A stretch of 63,374 nt of DNA, the filler included, from Octopus bimaculoides (lineage: Eukaryota): assembly GCF_001194135.2 (NCBI RefSeq). It is 7 parts of 7 records of this genome, joined end to end, with 100 filler letters (N's around TTAATTAATTAA, not from the genome) between each part and the next. Parts side by side here need not be neighbours in the genome. Positions count along the whole stretch, not along the records: positions 46,818 to 53,645 come from NC_068984.1; positions 53,746 to 59,108 come from NC_068989.1; positions 59,209 to 63,374 come from NC_068988.1; 4 more parts are not named here. One strand, given 5' to 3'. The first letter of the stretch is position 1, and every line of letters begins with the position of its first letter. The notes beneath the pieces were generated by a model. The model ran no database searches. It had not been told where the DNA came from and worked only from the letters and a program-made list of their open reading frames with translations. A program made the translations under genes and the position numbers. Shown here piece after piece: positions 51,300-62,824 of this stretch.

Positions 51300-53060
51300 T
51301 TGAAGAAAAATTAGAGGTCGTATGACTACAATTTCTTCTTAAAAATACCTTCCGTTATGCCTATTTCACGTTCGTGGGACAACTGAAGATTATTTTTAGT
51401 TTGTGTACGTGAAACGTTTTATTATTATTTTTTTTTATATATATTAATAGTTTGAAAATGAAAAAAATATCACACATATCCAGTAGCAAAACTAAATCTT
51501 ATGCTTACAAGATAAATTCTACAATGCAAAATCATGAGTCAGATGTCGTCTCTATAGAACTTAATGTTCTCCTCTTCGTTCGTTGGATATGCTGATCCCC
51601 CCATTAATTCTCTGTAGCACATGTATCTAATCTTGAATATTCAGCAAAACATTTTCTCAACATCTCCAAATTCAGGAGAATAAGTCACTTCTCACATTTG
51701 AGGGTTGTTCATCGTTCACTTTAACTGATTTAGAAGCTCTTATACGTATAGTTTTTTTTTCTCCTATTTCAAAACACTTGGCGATATGGGAGACTGAATG
51801 TTCTCAGAATAATACTCTCCAGAGGCTTTACTATTAGCACATTAAAGCTGACAGTACAAACATTAGTTTCCAAGTTTTTTCAGTCTCCGAAATTAGAAAT
51901 CACTCCTATCAGCTCAAAAACGGTTGAAAATTCCGGACGATGTTCGTTATAATGATCAGAGCTTAGCTGTAAGCCATACATTAAACAAGGTAGAAGCAAG
52001 ATTAGATATGCTTGACGTTTGATCTCATATGTAAGGAGGAAGAGAGGTTTTTCACCAGAGTATGTGAGAATCTGTCGTCATATCTTTATTAAGAGTTATG
52101 AATATTCTTAAGAAGTGAAGCAAGAAGCTTTCGGGGAGTGCATTGTGTTATAGAATCGAAAGCTTTGACAATTTGAAAATTGTCTGCATAGGGATGTTGT
52201 AAACACTTTTCCTGGTTTTGTCGTAACGAAAATATATCATCTGCTGGTATTTTGCTTTGTTTCCAAATGCGAAAGATTAGGTCATGAATCCCCGTGAAGG
52301 GAATGTGAATACCATAATTTATCAGTTCTGCTGAAATTTGATCTGCTTCTACCGAATTGTTATTCTACAGTCTTAAGTTATTGCAGTAAGAGTTTAACAT
52401 TCAAGTACAAGGAAACGATTTGGTAAGGAATATTGTCAATACTCTCAAGTGACACATTTGATGGATGGTTAAATAAACTTTCGAAAGGTTCTTGCCATTT
52501 ACCCAGTATAGCATTTCCCATTAGAACAACATATCGATCCGTAAATCTAATTGGCACCTTTCCCATTTCTGTGGGCTCAAGACCTTTGAATAAATTCAAA
52601 GAAATCAATTAATTAGTTCTTGTTTGCGAAGTCTAGTATTTCTTTCGCTTTATCCACACACAATTGATTCCACAAATTCGTAAGCCTTCATTGTGTTCCT
52701 CGCCTGATTTCACTCTAAATTTTATCGTTGACTTTAGAATCCATTCCCTCTGTCAAGTTTATCTTTTGACTTCCCTGCAATTAGAGCTTTATTGTGTGAT
52801 CATTCTCACTAAACCAATCAGCCGCACTCTGTGAAGTGAGGTGAGATTTTCTTCTGCAGTATCATGTACCAATAACTCCAAAATACTCCAGTTTTCTTTA
52901 ATCAAGACCTCATAAACGGTTTTTACTCAAGTTGGAACGATAACTGTTGCTAGCATTGAGATCTTGAAAATGTTTATCATTTAATTTCTTTCTGCCAATG
53001 TTTTACTGAGGTGTGCATAATGGTTTTATTTATATTTCTAATTTAGTCAAAACCATCTCG
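51300..53060 (-). mobile_element. Decayed RTE-type LINE (RT region to 3' end)
   Basis: Minus strand KWQEPFESLFNHPSNVSLESIDNIP...ADQISAELINYG...IHDLIFRIWKQSKIPAD...VKAFDSI, an RTE/BovB-like RT signature with many stops. Confidence 0.75.
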
Positions 53061-53814
53061 TAGTCCGTTCAGCAGTCATTGGCAGATCATATTGATTTAG
53101 AGACCAGAATATTTGGTGTATCACGTCCTTGTGTGATGAAGAAATCAATTCGAGACCAATTTTTGTTTTTAGTGAAGGTTTGCATATGTGTGTGCGTGCG
53201 CGTATATACCTGTGTACAAGCACAAACCTTCACTAGACTACGATGTTTCATTTACTTAAAATTTTATTCACTTTCTTCGCTACATATAAATTTGTCATTA
53301 GGTTCCCTCATATGATGTACTACCTTAGTTCCCTCCCTTCCTCCCCCTTTTTTGACTCAGCAATTAGCTCTCTCTAATTTAACAGAACCACAACATATTT
53401 ATCTCCCTCTATTTAAATAACTCTCTGAGTTTAACCTTTAGCATCACGTCAAAAACACCCTCCCTTTATATCTCTATGTAAACAAGCGTTCTTATTCCCA
53501 AAGCCCATGGAATAATATCATTGACCCCTTTATATCTCTATGTAAACAAACCTTCTAACGGTCACTGACCATGTAACATATCTGCTCGTAAGTTACCCCA
53601 TCATTTCGATTTTGTCTTGCTATTACATGTTTTATTATGAACTCCNNNNNNNNNNNNNNNNNNNNNNNNNNNNNNNNNNNNNNNNNNNNTTAATTAATTA
53701 ANNNNNNNNNNNNNNNNNNNNNNNNNNNNNNNNNNNNNNNNNNNNTAGAATACATAAATACATACATACATACATACATACATACATACATACATACATA
53801 CATACATACATAAA

Positions 53815-54080
53815 AAAAAAACTTTCCAAAAGTTTAGCACATAAATACATATGCATGCATCTAGACATGAAAATATATGCATAAAAACGCATCCATAAAA
53901 CAAACATACAAATCTGCGCATACACTAACACCAAATACTGCACACACACACACACATATGCACAAATACCTAGATGATGTTGATAAAAGTTCCAATGAAG
54001 GAGCCTTGAATCTATGTTAGAGTCCGGCTCTTTCTCTATGGACAAGAAATACAGAAATGAAACTGATTGATAACATACAT
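53815..54080 (+). mobile_element. 3' UTR/tail of the RLE-type LINE
   Basis: aaaactttccaaaagttt...cataaaacaaacatacaaatctgc...ccaatgaaggagccttgaatctatgttagagtccggctctttctctat, homologous to 27570-27800 and 40730-41000. Confidence 0.7.
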
Positions 54081-55134
54081 GTATACGCACATACATTCAT
54101 ATATACACACAGAGACGAAAATTATTCTCTTACATTTATATATAAATACATATCCACACATGTATTTATATATATGTGTTCATATCTTAACATATGTACA
54201 TATCACATATATTAACATTTATAAATATGTAACTATGTAAATCTATAAAGTGCATGTGCGTACAGTATCTCTGTATATAAATATGCAGGAAGAGTATGCT
54301 TACTATATTCACATATGAGAGAGTTACATGATAAAACTAACAGAGGAGCTCAATTTAAACTTTTACAAGATTGTTTCCGAAATACATTTGCATTAAAAAG
54401 ACATTTTATAAATATTTTCTCAAACACTAGCATATTATAAATATCTAAACAGTCATTAGGTTTAAATTAAATTTACCTTTATTTAAATTGATTTATTTTG
54501 TGTAAAATAAGATGCACTTAATAGGAGGTCTGTACAAAAAGAAAATGACCTTCATTTACACAATATTCTGGTATTACGCACTAAGAAAATAAGACTGTTT
54601 CTCATTATAACAATCAAATATATTTTAACATATAAAAATTAACTCTGAATATAAAAATACTGAATATTTTAGACAGAAAACACTAAATTATTTTCTATCT
54701 TTTTATTAGAAACCACATTTTAATAACGTTACTGTTCTGTTTGTCTGTTTCTCTCTATGTATATATANNNNNNNNNNNNNNNNNNNNNNNNNNNNNNNNN
54801 NNNNNNNNNNNNNNNNNNNNNNNNNNNNNNNNNNNNNNNNNNNNNNNNNNNNNNNNNNNNNNNNNNNNNNNNNNNNNNNNNNNNNNNNNNNNNNNNNNNN
54901 NNNNNNNNNNNNNNNNNNNNNNNNNNNNNNNNNNNNNNNNNNNNNNNNNNNNNNNNNNNNNNNNNNNNNNNNNNNNNNNNNNNNNNNNNNNNNNNNNNNN
55001 NNNNNNNNNNNNNNNNNNNNNNNNNNNNNNNNNNNNNNNNNNNNNNNNNNNNNNNNNNNNNNNNNNNNNNNNNNNNNNNNNNNNNNNNNNNNNNNNNNNN
55101 NNNNNNNNNNNNNNNNNTATATATATATATATGA

Positions 55135-55661
55135 ATTGATACTGTGTGGACTGAATTCCCCGTTGCTTGGCTACTGTCATGTGTAATGTTAGCTTGTTAG
55201 ATAAAGGCTTCTAATTTGGACGGTCAAAACTTACAATGTCACCTAGGTGCAGTGATTAGCACGGTTACAGACACTGTGTTTGATTCCTGTAGGGTTGGTT
55301 AACCTTAATTTGTTCGTGCTACAGATCATGGTGAGAGGGATAACTTCCCTTGGCAAACAGGACACAGTCGTGTGTCGATAAGCCAGCTGGAGGAGATGTC
55401 CTCCTGGGGCTAAAAGCAACAGTAACATCCACCCCTAGGGGTCAGCCACACTTAAGTGGCAATATACTACACTTTATCGTGCAGTTACTGTTAATACTTC
55501 ATTTAGAGAATTAACATTGCTTGTTTTCACCTTTTCGATATCAGTGAAGAATTTCACTGGAAAAGTAGATATAAGATTGCCAGGATTTTGTCTCTCTCAC
55601 CAAGGTCAGTGGCTATCGAACGCCGACGAAGGGAAATAACCCTGAAATTCGGATCCGTTCG
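55135..55661 (+). mobile_element. Probable PLE terminal repeat (pLTR) cassette next to (TA)n
   Basis: Unique ~530-bp block between (TA)n tracts/gaps, ending in a hammerhead motif. No ORF. The PLE assignment is an inference. Confidence 0.55.
55617..55661 (+). ncRNA. Minimal type I hammerhead ribozyme, structurally intact
   Basis: CGAACG / CCGACGA / AGGG-aaauaa-CCCU / GAAA / UUCGGA / UC / CGUUCG. Stem I is 6 bp, stem II 4 bp, stem III self-complementary with G-U pairs, and the AUC triplet predicts cleavage after 55655. Confidence 0.88.
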
Positions 55662-56034
55662 NNNNNNNNNNNNNNNNNNNNNNNNNNNNNNNNNNNNNNN
55701 NNNNNNNNNNNNNNNNNNNNNNNNNNNNNNNNNNNNNNNNNNNNNNNNNNNNNNNNNNNNNNNNNNNNNNNNNNNNNNNNNNNNNNNNNNNNNNNNNNNN
55801 NNNNNNNNNNNNNNNNNNNNNNNNNNNNNNNNNNNNNNNNNNNNNNNNNNNNNNNNNNNNNNNNNNNNNNNNNNNNNNNNNNNNNNNNNNNNNNNNNNNN
55901 NNNNNNNNNNNNNNNNNNNNNNNNNNNNNNNNNNNNNNNNNNNNNNNNNNNNNNNNNNNNNNTATATATATATATATATATATTTATGCGTGCACATGCA
56001 TAAATGTATATATATTTATGTGAGTGTATATATA

Positions 56035-56855
56035 CGAGGTGGTATCAAAAAGTCCCTGGACTAAATTTGTAGCGCGCTAGCAGATGGTACCACACGGTTG
56101 CGTGCGCAGTGAGAGCTAGCAGTGATCTTCATGAGGCAGTGTGCCGTGTGACATCACCGTGTTTACTTCGCAAGTTGTCAAATTTGTGTTTTCGTGATCA
56201 CATGTATGCTGTAGTCTGCGATCTTTGTTATGGACAGGAAATTGGAACAATGAGCCAATGTGAAATTGTCTCTGTTACAGAGACATTGAGCATGCTTCGG
56301 CAAGCTTAGAGCGAGGAGGCAATGAGTCGTATGCAATATTTCGAGTGGTACGGGCGCTTCAAAAGCGAAAGAATGTCCCTGGATCACGATGAGCGATCTG
56401 GAAGACCTTCCACAAGCGTCACCCCCGCAAACGTAAGAGAAAATTCAAATTCACCAGCTTGTGCATGAGAATCGTCAGAGGACAATCGACGACGTTTCGA
56501 AGCGTTTGAGGGAGGACATTCGGCGAAAGCGACGGAATCTGTGGAGCGCGAAGAATTGGATTGGACGACAATGCACCCTGTCATCGAGCTCTCCTCAATC
56601 GTAAGTTTCTCGCCAAAAACAGCATGGCATCGCTTCCGCACCCGCCCTATTCACCAGATTTAGTCCCTGCGGACTTCCATCTCATATCCAAGATGGAAAT
56701 GCTGCTCAAAGGCCGCCGTTTTAATACCAGGAACGCTGGGACCGGTGTATTGCTGCGCAAGGTGACTATTTCGAAGGAGATGATGATAAAACTTAGGTAA
56801 ATAAGTTTTTTTTTATTAAACATTACTAGTCCGGGAACCTTTTGATGCCACCACA
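56035..56855 (+). mobile_element. Internally deleted mariner element with both TIRs and TA target-site duplication
   Basis: 28-bp TIRs at 56035-56062 and 56828-56855 (22/28 matching) with TA on both sides. Transposase remnants ETLSMLRQA...FEWYGRFKS...DERSGRPSTS and DDNAPCHRA...HPPYSPDLVPADF. Confidence 0.92.
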
Positions 56856-56927
56856 TATGTATACACACGCATATATACACACACTCATACATTTATGTGT
56901 GTGTGTGTATGTTTGTGTTTGTGTATA

Positions 56928-57002
<75 letters not shown>

Positions 57003-57189
57003 TACACTGAGTGATTGAAGAAAGACAGAAAGAAACAAATTTGAGCATGACAAACTGACAACATTTCTGTACGTCACATTATCCTACTTCCTACTTTTCC
57101 AATATAATTTCTTGTCCCTCTGTATCTCTTATCTTGAACCATCCCTATTTTACCTCAAGGGGACCCCTGAACAATATTTTTTGGTCATG

Positions 57190-58240
57190 TATTATAATGG
57201 ATTACAAAATTTGGCAAATGTTCGTAAAAAAATGGCGATGTTTCACCACAAACATTGACACTTTATCCGAGATACAGTATTTTGCGCGGAACGAGAATTC
57301 ATTGACATATTTTCAGCTCGTCAACCACAAAAGAAATGTTTTGAGCAGAGACTTAACCTCCGTCATTGCTTTATCGACTTCCCTAAGGCCATTGATTCAG
57401 TGAATCATGATGCCTTACAAGTAATTCATAGAAAATTTGGCTGTTTTGATAAATTTAGACATCATGTCTGTGATAAAATGTGTGATATGAGCATGCGTTG
57501 TAATTCGTGGAAAATGTTCAAAATCTGTTTCAATTAGTAACAGCAGAAAGAAAAAAGAGTTTGATATACAGTTCCTGCCTTGTTTACTATACACTTTTCA
57601 ATAATCTTTTAAAATCGTTTTTAAGAGATTGCTCCCAGGATATTTATATGCACCGTCGCACAACTAGTTAATTATTCAATATCAAACGGTATTATTCTAA
57701 ATACTTTTGTATTTGGGATAAGAGACTAAAGTGATTTTATATCTGTGGTAAGAGACCTTTTGTACGATGGTGTCTTCGATGTTGTCTCATAATTGTGAAA
57801 ATGATCTTTAAACTCCCAGGGATAACACTTCATTGGAATGTAATATTTTATCCTCAATAAATCTTGGTAGAACTGTAATGCTTTATAAGCACTGCTCTGG
57901 AAGGCCTCGTGTGGATTTTAAGATAATGGTGCATGGTAAAACTTTGAAAAATGTATCTTCCTTCAAATGTCCTGGCAATAAGTAAAATAAAGTCGCAAAT
58001 ATTGAAACAATTCTAAAAAGGATCCAGGTATCATAGATATCTTTTAGAAAATTACATTCTTTACCATAGACTCAACGATATTTTAAAAATGACACCGAAA
58101 TATCTAACAGAGAGAGAGAGAGAGAGAGATTATTCAGGTTAGCAAATGCAATCACAAAAGCTGTCTTATAATGCAGTAGACTGAAGTTGGCAACCTATAG
58201 AGTTCATAGAGAACTATCTTCTTTTATAGCCATAAAAGAG
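57190..58240 (+). mobile_element. Decayed RTE-type LINE RT fragment
   Basis: Frameshifted translation LSEIQ..F...IDIFSARQPQKKCFEQRLNLRHCFIDFPKAIDSVNHDAL...KFGC resembles RTE RT (QCGFR..R...IFSARQLQEKC.EQ...FIDxxKAFDSV). Confidence 0.78.
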
Positions 58241-58254
58241 TCCCTTTTATGGCA

Positions 58255-58500
58255 TACGAGCGAAGTTAAGTATGGTAGACGGAAATTGTATAGAAGCCTG
58301 GCGTATATATGTATAAACGAAATATGTATGTGTGCGTGTGTGTATGTGACTGTTCGTTGATGTTCCCTAACATAATAGTAGGGCAGAGAAGCAAGATAAA
58401 ATGAGTAAACTTAAAAAAATAACCGATGCGATACGATCGACTAAATCTTAAAGGCAGTGCCCCGGCATGGCCGCAGTCATGTGAATGAAATCAGTAAAAA
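58255..58500 (+). mobile_element. SINE family A, degenerate
   Basis: ggtagacggaaattgtatagaagcc...aaggcagtgccccggcatggccgcagtc. Confidence 0.65.
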
Positions 58501-58631
58501 AAAAAAAAAAAGGAGTAACAGAATATATGTCGAAGCATATTACAGAGAATCGTATTAATCACGCGAGAGTGATAGGAGACTAAATCAGTAAATAGAAAAA
58601 GAAAGCTATTGATATTAATAATGTTCGACTT

Positions 58632-58980
58632 TTTGTTGGCACTCCGATCAACGGAACAGCCTGCTCGTGAAATTAACGTGCAAGTGGCTGAGCACTCCAC
58701 AGATATGTGTACCCTTAACGTAGTTCTTGGGGATATTCAGCGTGACACAGTGTGACAAGGCTGACCCTTTGAATTACAGGCACAACAGAAACAGGAAGTA
58801 AGAGTGAGAGAAAGTTGTGGTGAAAGAGTACAGCAGGGTTTACCACCATCCCCTGCCGGAGCCTCATGGAGCTTTAGGTGTTTTCGCTCAATAAACACTC
58901 ACAACGCCCGGTCTGGGCATCGAAACCGCGATCCTATGACCGCGAGTCCGCTGCCCTAACCACTGGGCCATTGCGCCTCC
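58632..58980 (-). mobile_element. tRNA-derived SINE family D, full length with target-site duplication
   Basis: A/B-box head at the 58980 end. Flanked by ataatgttcgactt (58618-58631) and acaacgttcgactt (58981-58994), a 12/14 match. Confidence 0.9.
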
Positions 58981-59416
58981 ACAACGTTCGACTTATAACC
59001 GAGTTTATCTAAAATTAGTTTCGTCAGCCTATCAAGATTACACGAAACAAAGCAAGTTGATAAAAGATTATAGCAACCAGAAGGAACATATATATATATA
59101 TATATATANNNNNNNNNNNNNNNNNNNNNNNNNNNNNNNNNNNNNNNNNNNNTTAATTAATTAANNNNNNNNNNNNNNNNNNNNNNNNNNNNNNNNNNNN
59201 NNNNNNNNTTCTTACACTAATGTCTAATTTCATAATTTCAAGTTTTTCAAAACATGATGTCTAAAATGGGGTAAAATGAGTAATGTCTTATTTCAATAAT
59301 TTCTTTCTTTTAACTGCATGGTGAGTAAATATATCATAAAGAAGACACTCCAGAAAGAAGCTATATCTGATATTTTATGTTGAGTTTTTTAAAATATATT
59401 ATTCAGTTGAGTTTTG

Positions 59417-59533
59417 TTAATTTCATATCATGTGCCATTTTTCTCTGACCCTCCTTTAATTTCATATCATGTGCCATTTTTCTCTGACCCTCCTTTAATT
59501 TCATATCATGTGCCATTTTTCTCTGACCCTCCT
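59417..59533. repeat. 39-bp unit in three essentially perfect tandem copies
   Basis: ttaatttcatatcatgtgccatttttctctgaccctcct x3. Confidence 0.95.
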
Positions 59534-59921
59534 AGATATTTAAACTTTTTTTTTTGCATTTCTTATCTTTCTGATGTTTAGGGATATATGTTAATGTGTC
59601 TGGAGAACTGAAGCAGCGAATTTACCTTATCTTGTCTTACTCATTTTGCCCCAGCCAAATTTGTCTTTTATATGCTCAAAGAGAACAGCGATAATTTTCT
59701 GAAATAGTGATCAGATTATGTTATAATGTGCTTAATGCATTTAGTGGAGGAGGCCATTTGCTTAGCTGATATAGTTTTTGAAAGGTAAAAATGTAGTAAA
59801 AACACCACTAATGATATTTCCTCTAAAATATCTTGATATTTTATTTAACAGTTCAAATGTACAGGTAAAAATCAATATTCCTATTTCCTCTTCATTACCT
59901 TTACTTTTTATTGTCCTCTCT

Positions 59922-59993
59922 TTTCTTCTTCCAATTCTTCTTCTTCCAATTCTTCTACTTCCAATTCTTCTTCTTCCAATTCTTCTTCTTCCA
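59922..59993. repeat. 15-bp tandem repeat (~5 copies)
   Basis: (ttcttcttccaattc)n. Confidence 0.9.
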
Positions 59994-60260
59994 CCGAATC
60001 CTGTCTTTAGCCTTGAATTAGTTTCTGTCCTTCTGGGGTTTATATTTATACAGATGTTTATACATATCAATATCTACACATATAACTGGTACTCATATGT
60101 ATATGGATACGTGTGTACCCACATATACATACATCTGCATATCCTGTGTATATGGATATGTGGATGTACACGTATCCATATACATATGAGTACCAGTTAT
60201 ATGTGTAGATATTGATATGTATAAACATCTGTATAAATAAAATATATATATATATATATA

Positions 60261-60760
60261 CATGGAATGACCAATTTCAAAGACTGTTGGATTTTACTCA
60301 TAGGGTATTGGAATCTTAATGGATTTACAAAGGCAATGACCAATCTTAAAGACAACTGGGTTTGACTTACAAGGTATTGGAATCTTATATGTATACCATT
60401 CTTCCTAAACAATGGATTTACAAATACAATATCCCTACATTCACTCTCTATTTCCTATCTTAACTAAACTAACTATTACTTAACCATCCTCTCACACTGT
60501 CTCCGATGAAGGGATATAATAAATATCCTGGAAGCAACTGTAAGACCTTCTATTGATAAACGTTCTATATTGTACACAACTTTGGTTTTTTATCTCATTA
60601 CGAAAATTAAATCCTTATATTCACATGCTGATATATGACCTACGTTGGACCCCTTATTCGCATAATCACCGAACCTGGAGCTTAACTGTGGTCTATCCAT
60701 AGCACTTACTCAGCATTACCTGAAACCTCTGGGTCTAACTGACACCACTATCGCTCATAA

Positions 60761-60763
<3 letters not shown>
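60261..60763 (+). mobile_element. Probable solo PLE terminal repeat inserted in (TA)n
   Basis: (TA)n lies on both sides, and its hammerhead flanks (tgtctccgatgaaggga...ctgtaagac) match those of the PLE at 4398-6247. Confidence 0.7.
60499..60546 (+). ncRNA. Degenerate minimal hammerhead ribozyme
   Basis: GUCU / CCGAUGA / A GGGAUAU-aauaa-AUAUCCU G / GAAG / CAACUG / UA / AGAC. GAAA is mutated to GAAG and the palindrome is broken, so it is probably inactive. Confidence 0.7.
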
Positions 60764-60818
<55 letters not shown>

Positions 60819-60938
60819 TAGTTAAAGAATAAAAAGACTGGGTTAACGACTCAATATATCACACCCCCTCAATGAACATATACAAGAAATACAGCATAAT
60901 CTGTCAAACATAAGGAATAAGAAGAAATAACGCAAGAA

Positions 60939-61186
60939 GAAATAATAAATATATAAAAATATAGCATATAGTATAAAATTTTTATACACGAATATATTGT
61001 TTCCACCGATAACATGGAACTGAAAAAAATTTTGAGTTAAAGGTATAATACAATACACGTGAATATCATTCCATAGAAGTTAAAAAAGTTAAAATTAATA
61101 CGAATAAAAATTAATACGGAAGGAGTAAAAATTTCAAATATATAATATGATAATATAATATAATATAAGTCGATATAGTAAAATAA
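60939..61186 (-). repeat. Inverted copy of the PLE 3' terminal sequence (partner at 63154-63374)
   Basis: The reverse complement matches 63154-63374 at high identity apart from small indels. Confidence 0.92.
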
Positions 61187-62484
61187 GGTGTTTCCTTAAG
61201 AATTTCTTCAACCTAAATATTGTATTTGATGTTAACTCCAGAAAGGTTAATTTCCTGGACGTGACATTATGTTTGGATACGGGTCTCTATTGTCCGTTCC
61301 GTAAACCTAGCAAATCTGTGTCGTACATAAATGTTTCATCAAATCACCGAAGGTCCACCATAGGTAGTATTGTCCCTGGAATTTCAATTAGAATATCAAA
61401 TTTATCATCAAATGTAGAAAGTTTTAATCAACATGCGCCGGTTTATAACAACGCCCTTGAAGCAAGCGGATTCAAAAGAAAAATCTCATTTATGCATAAT
61501 ACGAGGTTTGATCGGGGCAAGGATAGTACATCTTTTGGTAGCAACCATAATAAGGAATTCTTTAGAAACAGGTTCCATAGAGACAACAATAGAATATATA
61601 GGTACACGAAACGTAATAATGTTAATTTGCGGATAAATAAACTGAAAGGCTCACGACCCAGAATACGAAAGGTAATTTGGTTCGCGACCCCTTTCTCTCT
61701 CAGGGTAAGAAATTTACCTAGGATGTTCTTTAGGATCCTGGAGAATAACTTAAGACCATAAGTACTATAGTATCTGCAACAGATCCTCTATTAAGTTTTC
61801 CTATTCTGGAATGCCTAATCTAGCGTAAATTATTGCCTCTCTCAATAGAAGCAAATTAAATAAACTTGAGCATTGTGAATATCCCTGCAATGGAAGCCCC
61901 GGCTCTGATAAAACAAGTTGTGAGTCACACAATGATAGTGGGATGTGCTCTCCATTCCCTCTGATTGTGCCGAAACCCAGGAATGGGAGGAGTGGAGCTG
62001 TTGATAAGGATAGACTGGCAAGGGCGCTCGAAATAAATTTAGGGGTAGCCAATGTAAATTATGTAATTGTAGAGACCCTCTATTATGTCCTTTGGGAGGG
62101 CTCTGTTTATGTACAAACGTAATATATAAGTGCACCGTCAGGGATGAGAACAAACTAGATAGGTTCTATATAGGAAGCACAAAGAACTTTAAGGCTAGAT
62201 ATAGAGCGCATGTGAGTTCGTTTTCAATGCAAAAATACAGTAACTCTACCACACTCGCCTCTTAACTACATGACCTCAAGAAGAGGAAGATAAAGTACTC
62301 TCTTGAATGGTCTATTATAGCGAGGGCCCCATACTTTAAGGCAAATATTAGCAAATGTTCTTTATGTATTAGGGAATCCCTTGCGATTCTCAGGTCCTTT
62401 GGACCAAAAACCCTGAATAAGTTCATGGAGGTAGTCCCCTTCTGCGACCATAAGTTTTCCTCCACCTTCTTGGAAACTGTATAG
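61187..62484 (+). pseudogene. PLE ORF remnant: RT C-terminus plus GIY-YIG endonuclease (two frameshifts, stops)
   Basis: KVNFLDVTLCLDTGLYCPFRKP...YINVSSNH...RKVIWFATPFS; HKYYSICNRSSIKFSYSGMPNL; then from 62053 CKLCNCRDPLLCPLGGLCLCTNVIYKCTV...FYIGSTKNFKARYRAH...WSII...KCSLCIRE...CDH, stop at 62482-62484. Confidence 0.9.
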
Positions 62485-62742
62485 AGATAAAAATAAATTT
62501 AAAAGCAATAAATAATAGCAAGTGTAATAGTTTGCGTTAGGGTGATTTGAAACCTCCTAGATCGGTTTTGATACTGCAGCCTGTTTGGCTATTCTAAAAT
62601 GGCACTTTTTTTTTTTCTTTTTTTTTTTTGGAATCTTCCAATTATTTACATAGGCTGGTCCATTTTGTTTATATATATTTGCTCCTTAAAGAAATCATTT
62701 TTTTTTTTCATCTTGTGCATGTCGTAACTTTGTACATGTGTT

Positions 62743-62824
62743 TACCCTGACGAGGGGTCATCACCAATTTACACTCTATTGTGTTCTGAAATACAGTGGT
62801 GTACCTCCGAAATGGCCATAGGTA
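62743..62824 (+). ncRNA. Type I hammerhead ribozyme with enlarged stem II and palindromic stem III
   Basis: UACC / CUGACGA / GGGGU..CACCA...UGGUG.ACCUCC / GAAA / UGGCCA / UA / GGUA. The AUA triplet predicts cleavage after 62820. Confidence 0.85.
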
